Assembly: GCA_964483625.1 (NCBI GenBank) | Contig: CAZABB010000007.1 | Location: forward strand, 1-63,864 | Length of the DNA: 63,864 nucleotides | Direction: 5' to 3' | Source: an uncultured Planctomycetia bacterium | Lineage (GTDB): Bacteria; Omnitrophota; Gorgyraeia; Duberdicusellales; 4484-171 | In this document: positions 43,960-53,151 of the stretch, in pieces | Layout of the letters: each line of letters starts with the position of its first letter | How positions within the stretch are numbered: position 1 is the stretch's first letter | Notes under the pieces: generated by a model | What the model saw: only the letters and a program-made list of their open reading frames with translations | The model's database searches: none | What the model was told of the DNA's origin: nothing | Position numbers and translations under genes: made by a program

Positions 43960-45408
43960 TCAGTAATTAATATACAATGTTTTCCATTCCGAATAGGCAT
44001 CTAAAGAAGCCTTGCCGGCTTCACGGAATCCAGTTCCTGAATCTTTGATCCCGCCGAAGGGAAGCTGAATTTCGGCGCCGGAAGTCGGCCCGTTAATATA
44101 TGCCACACCGCTTTCAGTACGGGATAAAAATTCACAGCCCAACGATATATCTTGAGTAAAGATGGAATTGCTTAATCCATAATGAGAATCATTGGCCATC
44201 TTTAACGCTTCGTTCAGAGTAGAAAACGTAAACAATACCGTTACCGGCCCAAATACCTCTTCCTGAGCGATCCCTGAATGTAACGAAACGTTTTCAATGA
44301 TCGTCGGCTGATAATAATATCCGTCTTTACATGTTCCTTTTATTTCCGGCGCACCACCAGTAAGAATGCATCCCCCCTCTTCTTGCGCGTCTAATACGAA
44401 TTGATGGATACGCTTCAATTGCTTCTCATTAATAACCGGGCCAATTTGAGAACGGGAATCGAATCCCTCGCCTAACTGTATTTTCTTGGTCTTAGCGATA
44501 AACAACTTCTTAAATTTATCCGCAATTTTTTTGTGCAAAAGGATCCGGCCGCTGTTAGCGCATTTCTGCCCCGCATTACTGAACGCCCCCAACACCGCGG
44601 CATCGACCGCCTTCTCTATGATCGCATCATCCATCACCACAAGATTATTTTTCCCGCCGCATTCAAGGCACGTTTTCTTTAGATTCTTTCCGCATACCGA
44701 AGCGATTTCTCTTCCCGTCTCGGTTGATCCGGTAAACGAGATCATATCGATACCGGGATGCACAACCAGAACCCTTCCGGTAACCTCCCCTGTCCCATGA
44801 ATAAAATTTAACACTCCTGCCGGCAACCCGGCCATTTGAGCAATCTTTACACATTCAGCGGCAACGACAGGTGTATCTTCAGCCGGTTTCAACACCACCG
44901 TGTTCCCGCAGATAAGTGCGGGAAACACTTTCCAGGAAAATGCTGCCAATGGATTATTCCAGGAAGTAATTAATCCCACCACACCCACCGGCACACGTAC
45001 CGAAAACGCCATCTTCCTGGAGCTGCCGGAAGGAACTGTCTGACCACTCAAGCGATGGCCTTCGGCCGCGTAATACCGCGCCATCGCTACTGCCCCATCA
45101 ACCTCACCCAATGCGGCTTTATAAGATTTACCGTTTTCTTTCACAATCAACCGGGCAAGTTCTTCTTTTTTTTCTTTCAATAACTCGGCTATCCGAAAAA
45201 GAATATTGCCACGCTCGGAAGCCGACATCATGCCCCACTGATCAAACGATTTCTGCGCCGCATTGACGGCACTATTCACATCTTTCTTATTAGATACCGG
45301 ATATATACCCAGCGTTTCTTCTCTGTTTGCCGGATTTAATTTCTTAAAATACTTACCGGAATTGGCGGCGACCCATTTCCCATTAATATAATTTTTCTGC
45401 TTAATCAT
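43960..45408 (-). CDS. NAD(P)+-dependent aldehyde dehydrogenase
   Basis: 482 aa with WNNPL, FTGSTETGREI, catalytic LECGGKN, and EEVFGPV. Confidence 0.88.
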   Translation of the reverse strand: MIKQKNYINGKWVAANSGKYFKKLNPANREETLGIYPVSNKKDVNSAVNAAQKSFDQWGMMSASERGNILFRIAELLKEKKEELARLIVKENGKSYKAALGEVDGAVAMARYYAAEGHRLSGQTVPSGSSRKMAFSVRVPVGVVGLITSWNNPLAAFSWKVFPALICGNTVVLKPAEDTPVVAAECVKIAQMAGLPAGVLNFIHGTGEVTGRVLVVHPGIDMISFTGSTETGREIASVCGKNLKKTCLECGGKNNLVVMDDAIIEKAVDAAVLGAFSNAGQKCANSGRILLHKKIADKFKKLFIAKTKKIQLGEGFDSRSQIGPVINEKQLKRIHQFVLDAQEEGGCILTGGAPEIKGTCKDGYYYQPTIIENVSLHSGIAQEEVFGPVTVLFTFSTLNEALKMANDSHYGLSNSIFTQDISLGCEFLSRTESGVAYINGPTSGAEIQLPFGGIKDSGTGFREAGKASLDAYSEWKTLYINY

Positions 45409-46591
45409 ACTCTGTTTTCCCTCCCCTTACACATTTATCTTTCTCAAGTTTTTCTGTCAAATATTCAATAAGATCAATACTGTCATCCTGTTTTACTTTA
45501 TCAAAATTCTTTTCGTCAAAAGATAATTTACCGCAACAGGAAGGCACACCAAAATAATCGTAGTTCTGCCGTAAATGGGAAAAATTCCCATATTGTTCTT
45601 TACCACTGTTATCATCACAATTATAGACCGGGATTCTTGCCTTAAGAGCACCCCAGACAGCATTTGATCTACCAGTAATAATTCCCTTACGAATATTGGA
45701 ATAAAACAACTCTACCGGGAAATTATGATAAGGCGTCGTATCGGAAAAATTCACACAGCGTCGTTTCATGAAAATATATTCAAGGACAAGCACTATTTCT
45801 TTGCATAAGAATACTTTATCCAAATACGTATTGGAAATAATGCGATAAAACATTCTTAAAAGAAAAGAAGACAACATATTCAAAATCTTTTCTAACTTGA
45901 TATGCACAAAAGCGGCTCCTCCGTCTCGTAAAGAGTGAAGCTTATAAGCTACTCTGCTTTCTCGAGGGATCTGAGCAAGCAATTGATTGATATTTCGCAT
46001 AAACATTATTTTCTGAGAAATATCGGCAGAATCCATAGGATCCCTCTTAAATCCCAAATGGGTGGGAAATATAATCAGATAATCTAAATAGAAATTTTCC
46101 GAAAAGACAGAACAATTGGTATAGACAAATTGTATGGGTTTCACCTTTACCTCAGACAGCAAAGCCTCTTTCCCTCTGTTTTTTAAACATATCTGTAATA
46201 ATCGTATGTCTTCAGCAAAGATCAGTTGTATCGGCAATTGCTGACGTAATACCTCAAGATGTTCGGGGATTAACGAGAATCGGGCATATCCCACTACCTG
46301 TTCGAAAGAAACCATTAACCGGACTTTCTTAAAACATTCGGGAGAATAGTGATAGATTGCAGCAAAAAGAATACAGCATTCACAAGGACTAACAACAAGT
46401 TCAGCTCCATGTGAGATAAGTTCATTAAGATACGATTGATCGGTACCCTTCTGTTTACGCTGAGATTTTGTTTTTACCGGATCAACAAAGATACCCACTT
46501 TATAATTTTTCACCAACGCTTTAACCAAATTAAGGTAATATCCGTGTTTGCGATTAAATCCATAAAGAAATACGATATCATATTTATTCAT
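45401..46591 (-). CDS. Hypothetical protein (no family recognised; possibly a GT-B-like transferase)
   Basis: A 396-aa ORF from the ATG at 46591 (MNKYDIVFLYGFNRKHGYY), 8-nt overlap with the upstream stop. It is AT-rich and Cys-rich and is tightly embedded in the operon. The ORF-track start at 46720 lies inside the upstream gene. Confidence 0.5.
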   Translation of the reverse strand: MNKYDIVFLYGFNRKHGYYLNLVKALVKNYKVGIFVDPVKTKSQRKQKGTDQSYLNELISHGAELVVSPCECCILFAAIYHYSPECFKKVRLMVSFEQVVGYARFSLIPEHLEVLRQQLPIQLIFAEDIRLLQICLKNRGKEALLSEVKVKPIQFVYTNCSVFSENFYLDYLIIFPTHLGFKRDPMDSADISQKIMFMRNINQLLAQIPRESRVAYKLHSLRDGGAAFVHIKLEKILNMLSSFLLRMFYRIISNTYLDKVFLCKEIVLVLEYIFMKRRCVNFSDTTPYHNFPVELFYSNIRKGIITGRSNAVWGALKARIPVYNCDDNSGKEQYGNFSHLRQNYDYFGVPSCCGKLSFDEKNFDKVKQDDSIDLIEYLTEKLEKDKCVRGGKTEYD

Positions 46592-47456
46592 GAATACATT
46601 CCCCCCGGAGATGCTTTTGCCATTTCTGGTAATCGAAAATGCCGCTGTCGTTACACTGTTTACAAATCTCCTGGTAGGGACGGGTATACACCAAGGAATC
46701 GAAATCGTACTTGATAACATGGCACTTAATTTTCAGCGAAGGATCTATTTCATGTTGAGACAGCATATATCGTAACACCGCAACACGATGCCTTCCCGAA
46801 ATAACGTTATATCGGCCGGTCACCGTAGAATAGCCAAGTATGATAGCAGAAAGTGAAGAATGTTTATTATCGAACCCTTCCTGTTTAATCTTCCTATAAA
46901 GAGCAAGGATTTTACTATCACATATATGCTGGTGTGATGAACGGACATGCACAAATCCATCCTCTCTTCTCTCTAAATACGGCGATATGGAATCGATATC
47001 CCATTTTGCTTTATATTCTTTACGTTCACTTAAGAAAACTTTCCTGGCAGAATCGTCAAAGGACATGTGAGGGTCAACCCACCCAATACATTTATTATTC
47101 TGGGCCAACCTAAACCAACAAGTGTCTTCATTGGGTATATTTTGCTGCAGACGCTGAAAGAGATACTGCTCGAGACAGCGGTCATAATAACCGGTTATGA
47201 TATCCTTGAGCTTTATTTCTGTTGTTGGCCTAATCCATTTCAAGCTTTTCACCAGACTACGACGCGCCCATATTTTTTCATTCCAGGTTAAATCTTTGCG
47301 ATAAACAAAAAACACGCTGTTCTCTTTATCAAATATTACATTAGGCTCTTTCTCGAGAAAATTTTTCAGCATCCGGCGGTGAAAAGTCCATCGCCATAAA
47401 TATTGCACATACAAATTCTTCTTCACGGCAGAAAAAGTTTTTTTTATTAAATCCAT
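46584..47456 (-). CDS. Hypothetical protein with ParB/Srx-like C-terminal motif
   Basis: 290 aa. KILALYRKIKQEGFDNKHSSLSAIILGYSTVTGRYNVISGRHRVAVLRYM follows the ParB N-terminal-domain pattern (L..SI...G......g.Y.vi.G.HR..A). The function call is weak; the coding call is firm. Confidence 0.5.
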   Translation of the reverse strand: MDLIKKTFSAVKKNLYVQYLWRWTFHRRMLKNFLEKEPNVIFDKENSVFFVYRKDLTWNEKIWARRSLVKSLKWIRPTTEIKLKDIITGYYDRCLEQYLFQRLQQNIPNEDTCWFRLAQNNKCIGWVDPHMSFDDSARKVFLSERKEYKAKWDIDSISPYLERREDGFVHVRSSHQHICDSKILALYRKIKQEGFDNKHSSLSAIILGYSTVTGRYNVISGRHRVAVLRYMLSQHEIDPSLKIKCHVIKYDFDSLVYTRPYQEICKQCNDSGIFDYQKWQKHLRGECIHE

Positions 47457-47475
47457 TTCTTCTATTTAATAAGAA

Positions 47476-48369
47476 TCAACTGGTTATTAGAAATCCCTTT
47501 ATCTCATACGCATGGGAAAATTGCCGTTTTTCAAAAAAGCGGATTGCCGGACGATTATGTTGAGAGACTCCCACTCCGATACGGTCAATATTGTACTTGC
47601 CGGCGAACCCTTTAGCTTCATTGAGCAAAACATCCGCCACTCCTCTTCCTCGATATTGCTGATCTATCCCTATTTGATAAATATACCCAAATGTATCACT
47701 AGGATCCCCCCAAGGATTTTTTTCAATTGCGAGGAAACCGACCATTTCGCCATTCGCTTCGGCGATAAAGTAACCTTCTGGGTTAAAGGATGGCCGCAAG
47801 ATAACATTATTCATAAATTGCCTGTCGATACGAGTCCCCAGATAACCGAGCACCTTATTGTAAAACCGCACATACCTCATTTCGTCATAATTTAAAACAA
47901 AATTACGGATGGAAACACTCTTTGTATCTCCTACTGATTTACAATGTATATTATCTACATAAGCCAATAGTTTTTGCTGGCTATAATTCACATCCTTCGT
48001 CTGTAACTTTTCGAGTAATCTCAATGCCGTTTCGTTGTAATCCTCTACCAGGATAAGAAGGTCGCTACCGAAAGACCGGAAATGATCCTGTAAATCATTT
48101 ATATCCTCTGAGGTTAAATCCTCTAAAATAAAAATATTGTAAATAACGACAACTTCCCATTTCGCCCACGCTCTTTTTTTTGTGTACGTAAAGAAAACTT
48201 TTGACATCCGGAACGACGGAAAGAAACAGTTCATCTCTGATGTCTCTTTTAAATGAGCGATTGCGTAGTGAGACGGAAAATGCCGCTTACTCAGATGTCG
48301 TTGATGAAACATAACAATCGTTTCAAAATATTTTTCTCTTCTATCGTGTGCGCCTGACTTCATATTCAT
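47476..48369 (-). CDS. GNAT-family N-acetyltransferase with ~150-aa N-terminal extension
   Basis: C-terminal FGYIYQIGIDQQYRGRGVADVLLNEAKGFAGKYNIDRIGVGV (acetyl-CoA binding Q/RxxGxG/A). Confidence 0.75.
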   Translation of the reverse strand: MNMKSGAHDRREKYFETIVMFHQRHLSKRHFPSHYAIAHLKETSEMNCFFPSFRMSKVFFTYTKKRAWAKWEVVVIYNIFILEDLTSEDINDLQDHFRSFGSDLLILVEDYNETALRLLEKLQTKDVNYSQQKLLAYVDNIHCKSVGDTKSVSIRNFVLNYDEMRYVRFYNKVLGYLGTRIDRQFMNNVILRPSFNPEGYFIAEANGEMVGFLAIEKNPWGDPSDTFGYIYQIGIDQQYRGRGVADVLLNEAKGFAGKYNIDRIGVGVSQHNRPAIRFFEKRQFSHAYEIKGFLITS

Positions 48370-49639
48370 TTTTTAAACGGTCCATATTATCCCATACCTT
48401 ACCGAATGCCTCGTCAATCTCATCCGTATCCCGAAAAGTCAAAGGCGGATGGATGACTTCCGTCGAAAGGCTCCATTCCAATGCACCCTGAATATGAGGA
48501 AATTGATGAGGCGAATAATCAGGATTTCCTTTATACCAGGGACACTTAAACGGACACCCCTTATCGCCAAAGCCTGTCTTTTGCTGATAGAGCGGGAATG
48601 TATGTACGGGAAAATATCCGGGATAGAAATCCATCCCTTCGGCGTTCAGTGCTTCGACAATACGCGGCGCACCGACCGAAATTTTCTTCGGATCAAGACG
48701 CAGGGCATAGCGGTAGAAACTATGTTCGCAACCCTTGCGAATGGCCGGTAACATTAATCCGTCGTATTTTTTAAGTTTCTCGTTAAGATAATCCACTAAT
48801 TCCCGGCGCTGGCTAAGAAGGCTTTTAAGTTTTTTGAGCTGTTCACGGCCGATTGCCGCCTCAATCTCATTCATCCGGTAGTTAAACCCAAGCATGTTAC
48901 ATAACGTATCGGTTTCCATTCCTGTCGCGATAACCGCTTCGGCATGATTACGGATAAGACGCAGCTTCTGTGCATACGTATCGTTATCGGTGGTTATAAT
49001 CCCTCCTTCACCGGTCTGGATAATTTTATTCGCGTTTAAGCTATGAATTCCCATCTCCCCAATCGTTCCGGTCAGTTTTTGATGATAATGCACAAGCGGC
49101 GATTGCGCGGCGTCTTCGACAACGACCAGAGAATGTTTACGGGCTAACTCCATAATCGGCTCCATATCCGCCGGATGTCCGTAAATATGAACAGGAATGA
49201 TTGCTTTTGTACGCGACGTGATCTTTTTTTCTATATCGGAAGGGGAAATACAGAACGTATCCGGTTCGATATCACAGAAAATCGGTACGGCATTATAGAT
49301 GAGAATTGCCGTTGCTGTTGCCGTCATCGTCCAGGGTGTCGTAATAACCTCATCGCCCGGGCCGATACCTGAGGCACCGATTGCCGCCATAAGGCCTGAG
49401 GTAGCGGAATTTACGGCAATAGCGTGTTTAACTTTGAAATGTTGCGCCCATTCTTTTTCAAACGCCTGAACCTCAGGCCCGCCTAAGAAAAATTCATTAT
49501 TTGAACCTTCGAATTCCGATAACCTTCCCCGGTCCATAACCCGCAAAACCGCTTCTTTTTCTTCATCACCGGTTGTTACATGCGGCGGATAAGGCTTGGT
49601 TCGTACCGGACTACCACCCAAGAGAGCGAGCATATTCAC
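48341..49639 (-). CDS. DegT/DnrJ/EryC1/StrS-family PLP-dependent sugar aminotransferase
   Basis: 432 aa with FEKEWAQHFKVKHAIAVNSATSGL, DEVITTPWT, and HSLNANKIIQTGEGG (the PLP Lys region). Confidence 0.85.
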   Translation of the reverse strand: MNMLALLGGSPVRTKPYPPHVTTGDEEKEAVLRVMDRGRLSEFEGSNNEFFLGGPEVQAFEKEWAQHFKVKHAIAVNSATSGLMAAIGASGIGPGDEVITTPWTMTATATAILIYNAVPIFCDIEPDTFCISPSDIEKKITSRTKAIIPVHIYGHPADMEPIMELARKHSLVVVEDAAQSPLVHYHQKLTGTIGEMGIHSLNANKIIQTGEGGIITTDNDTYAQKLRLIRNHAEAVIATGMETDTLCNMLGFNYRMNEIEAAIGREQLKKLKSLLSQRRELVDYLNEKLKKYDGLMLPAIRKGCEHSFYRYALRLDPKKISVGAPRIVEALNAEGMDFYPGYFPVHTFPLYQQKTGFGDKGCPFKCPWYKGNPDYSPHQFPHIQGALEWSLSTEVIHPPLTFRDTDEIDEAFGKVWDNMDRLKNEYEVRRTR

Positions 49640-50780
49640 CTCCTAATACTGAACGTAAAAAATTCATACAATGTAAAACTGCGTTTTCCGGAACTTGCCA
49701 CTTCTTTTGTGTCTGTCTGTATTCCTCTTGAACCTTTTCATCCAACAATATCTCCTGTAATACTTTCTCTGCCACCGGTTCGGTATGGATAAAAGGGATC
49801 GCGCCGGTATAGGTAGCGACAAGTTGAGAAGGAACTTGAGAATTCAACTGTAACGATATTACGATCTTTTCCATAAGTAACGCTTCCAACAACATTACCG
49901 ATGCCATTCCCGCGACGACATCGGAAATTCCGATCATCTCCCAGGAAGCATATTCATTATCGACAATATGTTTCTTAAGATGAGGCCATTGGGAATCAAC
50001 CCATAAGAAATCATCCTTTTTATTCTGGGGATGAAGTTTAACGATCAAATCCACACTTAAGTTGCTGTTTCCGGCTATTGCATTTAACGTATTCCCAAGA
50101 AACTGTAAGACCAACTGTTCATCATATCCCAAACAATCCTGGAAATCTTTCTTTAACGCTTCGGCGGCAAACGTAATGACTTTTCTTTGGGAAGAAATCC
50201 CCAATTGGTCTTTTACAGTATCAAACCGTATCTTTTGCGTAACGTATTTCTCCCGTATAACATCAAACGCCGGTTGGCCGGCAACAACGATCTTTTCGCA
50301 AGAGATTCCCTCTTCTACCATCCGGGACCGGGCAAAGTCATCCATAGCAAAGATATAATCAGGTAAAAACGCAAGATGTTCTCCCTCTTTTGTACCGCTA
50401 AAACGTAAAGCATAGTTTTGCCATTGATCCAGCATCCCGATAGAAGGAATATTCTGTTCTTTCGCCCACTGCCATAAATATTTTTCCGTCATGTCCACCT
50501 GCGGCAAACTGGTCGCCGAGGTAAGAATAAGATCGGGAAGTTCCTCCCAACGGCTTTTGATCACCGCCGTAACATTCTCTGGCGTAAACTCAAGGAACTC
50601 AACATGTGCTAACTGATAACGATCGAATACGGCTTTGGCGTAATCTTTACTCAAAATCAGCAATTTCCATCCTTCCTCGATCATCGCTGTACACAAAGGA
50701 GCAAGCGCCGCCGCGCCGCCGGCTTCACGGGAAAAAACAAGAATTCTTTTTGGCTTTTTTGAATTAGACAATGATACCAT
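49611..50780 (-). CDS. Hypothetical GT-B-like protein with EEG ... HP motif pair (candidate nonulosonate/Kdo-type or TagF-like transferase)
   Basis: 389 aa. N-terminal Rossmann KRILVFSREAGGAAALAPL, then MVEEGISCEKIVVAGQPAF, later DLIVKLHPQNKKDD. Motif-level resemblance only. Confidence 0.35.
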   Translation of the reverse strand: MVSLSNSKKPKRILVFSREAGGAAALAPLCTAMIEEGWKLLILSKDYAKAVFDRYQLAHVEFLEFTPENVTAVIKSRWEELPDLILTSATSLPQVDMTEKYLWQWAKEQNIPSIGMLDQWQNYALRFSGTKEGEHLAFLPDYIFAMDDFARSRMVEEGISCEKIVVAGQPAFDVIREKYVTQKIRFDTVKDQLGISSQRKVITFAAEALKKDFQDCLGYDEQLVLQFLGNTLNAIAGNSNLSVDLIVKLHPQNKKDDFLWVDSQWPHLKKHIVDNEYASWEMIGISDVVAGMASVMLLEALLMEKIVISLQLNSQVPSQLVATYTGAIPFIHTEPVAEKVLQEILLDEKVQEEYRQTQKKWQVPENAVLHCMNFLRSVLGGEYARSLGW

Positions 50781-51795
50781 TTTTGTCCTCTGCCGATTCC
50801 TTTACCGCACATTTTATCCCGCCGTTTGCGGCAGATTCTTTTAACCATTCGATAACCCGCAGATCTTTAAGCCCTTCCTGAGCAAAAAAGGTTGACCGTC
50901 GATCCTCTAATACATCATCCCGAAGGGTTCCCAGACAATATTTTACGGCCCATTTAAGTTCCGTAACTCTCTCCTCGCAAAAAACCAACTCTTTAAATCC
51001 GGGATAATGACTGTACTCTTTCAATTTATAGATACGAATCATATCTCCGCTGTCTTCGATTTTAATCCTCCCTTCGGTACCGATAATATCGATCTCAAAA
51101 ATACTATAGGTATAGGCATCCCGGTCACAGCCGACGATATTTGCCGTTATCCCATTACCGAATCCTAAAACCCCGCGTAATGATTTATCCTGTCCGTAAC
51201 TCCCCTGTTCAAACGGCGGGTACGCCATCACCCATTCCACCTCACCGCATAATAATCGCAAGGTATCGACCACCGTACAGCCAATATGCGTGATACCTTT
51301 TACGTAATATCCGTTCACATGAATAATATTACCGATTGCGTTCTCCTCAATAAGGCTTTTTATCTTTAGATGACAAGGTTCCCAGCGGCGTTGGTTATTC
51401 AGCCATAAGCCCACTTTTTTCTCTTTCGCCTTATCGATAATCTGCTGGGCCGAATCAAAAGAAACAGTAAACGGCTTCTCCGCCCAGATATATTTTGTAC
51501 AATTCCGCTTTAAGATAGCATCCATAACTTCGGCATGAGTCATATCCGGAGTACATACGCTTACAATATCATAGGAACCATTCAATAATTCTTCCAACGT
51601 TGCGCAGGGTTTCTCCACTTTCCAATATTGACAAAAACTTTTGAGACGTTCTTTCTTGGTATCAAACGCCGCAACAATCTGAATATCAGGGAATTCACGA
51701 TACGCGCCGGCATGAGTAAATACTCCGTCACTCTGTTTTACTTCATCATATCCACCGGCAATGTCGCCGCATCCAATGATCGCTGTTTTTATCAT
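50764..51795 (-). CDS. Gfo/Idh/MocA-family oxidoreductase
   Basis: MIKTAIIGCGDIAGGY Rossmann and IWAEKPFT (EKP motif). 343 aa. Confidence 0.82.
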   Translation of the reverse strand: MIKTAIIGCGDIAGGYDEVKQSDGVFTHAGAYREFPDIQIVAAFDTKKERLKSFCQYWKVEKPCATLEELLNGSYDIVSVCTPDMTHAEVMDAILKRNCTKYIWAEKPFTVSFDSAQQIIDKAKEKKVGLWLNNQRRWEPCHLKIKSLIEENAIGNIIHVNGYYVKGITHIGCTVVDTLRLLCGEVEWVMAYPPFEQGSYGQDKSLRGVLGFGNGITANIVGCDRDAYTYSIFEIDIIGTEGRIKIEDSGDMIRIYKLKEYSHYPGFKELVFCEERVTELKWAVKYCLGTLRDDVLEDRRSTFFAQEGLKDLRVIEWLKESAANGGIKCAVKESAEDKNGIIV

Positions 51796-52541
51796 TTTAT
51801 ATATGCTCCTGATTTCTGTTCACAATTTCTGTTTATTTTTCTCAATTCCGGATGCTGATCCAAAAACGCGATAAGCTGTCTTGTAGAAAACTGCGGCATA
51901 TTTTTATACAACCCTTCATATATCTTGCGGGTAAGCTCCAGGTCCTCGCGATAATCCACGGTCAGCCTGATTTCAGGGCGGTTATAAAAACTCCCCGGCA
52001 GAGCCTCAAGATTAAAAATAGAAAATCTTTCGGGATGATTCCAGATAAATCGCGGCGTATCGTCCCGTTCGCGGGGATCTTTGGCTTCTTTCGCTGCCTC
52101 CTCTAACGCGTCAAACCTGATAACATGAGCGTCAACACCTTCGGAAAACGTCAGCCTCATATCATTCGCGACATAAGAATAACCACCCCAGGCTAAAATA
52201 TACGTCAGCATATCGATTAACTGCGCGTCATAAAAAGGACAATCCGCGCCGCACTGTACAATAATATCGGCCCGGTATTCTTTAGCGGCATCATACACCC
52301 TGCCCAACACATCCCTCTCACTGCCCCGAAAACATGCTATGGCGTTACGACGGCAAAGCTCAGCAATCGCGTTATCTTGCGTGCTGACCGATGTGGCAAC
52401 AATTACATCATCCACCGATTTTGCCGGCCGGATACGTTCGATAACCCGCTCAAGCAGAGTCTTACCGGCTATATCGGCCAATGTTTTTTGCGGCAAACGG
52501 CTCGATCCCATCCGCGCTTCAATTATGGCAATAATTTTCAT
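51792..52541 (-). CDS. Cytidylyltransferase-family protein, SpsF-like (CTP_transf_3)
   Basis: MKIIAIIEARMGSSRLPQKTLADIAGKTLLERVIERI. The ATG at 52541 lies 7 nt after the GNAT stop. The ORF-track start at 52589 would overlap by 41 nt. Confidence 0.7.
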   Translation of the reverse strand: MKIIAIIEARMGSSRLPQKTLADIAGKTLLERVIERIRPAKSVDDVIVATSVSTQDNAIAELCRRNAIACFRGSERDVLGRVYDAAKEYRADIIVQCGADCPFYDAQLIDMLTYILAWGGYSYVANDMRLTFSEGVDAHVIRFDALEEAAKEAKDPRERDDTPRFIWNHPERFSIFNLEALPGSFYNRPEIRLTVDYREDLELTRKIYEGLYKNMPQFSTRQLIAFLDQHPELRKINRNCEQKSGAYIK

Positions 52542-52548
52542 CTGCTCT

Positions 52549-53133
52549 TTATCTTTTGCCAGCCTCTCTCTCAGACTCATATTCATCAATTAAGGAAAAT
52601 TCACCTCTCAATAACGACATGTACACAAGATGATGGTACCCCCCCTGAGACCAGATTCTTTCCTTTAATGTCCCCTCTTTCTTCCAGCCCAATTTCTCTA
52701 CGCAACGAATAAAAGCAGGATTGATCGAACCCGCATATACCTTATTAAGATTCATGTTCATAAACGCGTGTTTTGTTATGTGGTATATTGCTTCCGCGGC
52801 ATACTCTTTTCCCCAATATTCTTTCCTGCCGATAAGAACACTAATCTCGGCACACCGATTTACCTCTTCAATATTCACTAAAGCGACATTGCCTATATGC
52901 ATCTCATCTTTTCTGACTATGACAGCTAGAATAACACCTTCCTGTGGATGATCACAATAATATTTAATGTACTGTGTCATCTGAGAGCAATTTGTGGGTT
53001 TTCTCCGGCGCTGGGAGTAACGGTTTACTTCAGGATCGTTTAACCAGGATAAATACTCATAAGTAAACTCTTTATCGGACAACGGACGCAGGTAAATACG
53101 TTTTCCGGATAAAAACACAATTTTCTTTTTCAT
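52549..53133 (-). CDS. GNAT-family N-acetyltransferase (RimJ/RimL-like; PseH-type candidate)
   Basis: 194 aa with IYLRPLSDKEFTYEYLSWLNDPEVNRY and IGRKEYWGKEYAAEAIYHITKHAF. Confidence 0.75.
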   Translation of the reverse strand: MKKKIVFLSGKRIYLRPLSDKEFTYEYLSWLNDPEVNRYSQRRRKPTNCSQMTQYIKYYCDHPQEGVILAVIVRKDEMHIGNVALVNIEEVNRCAEISVLIGRKEYWGKEYAAEAIYHITKHAFMNMNLNKVYAGSINPAFIRCVEKLGWKKEGTLKERIWSQGGYHHLVYMSLLRGEFSLIDEYESEREAGKR

Positions 53134-53151
53134 TTTCCCTCCCTTTCAACT

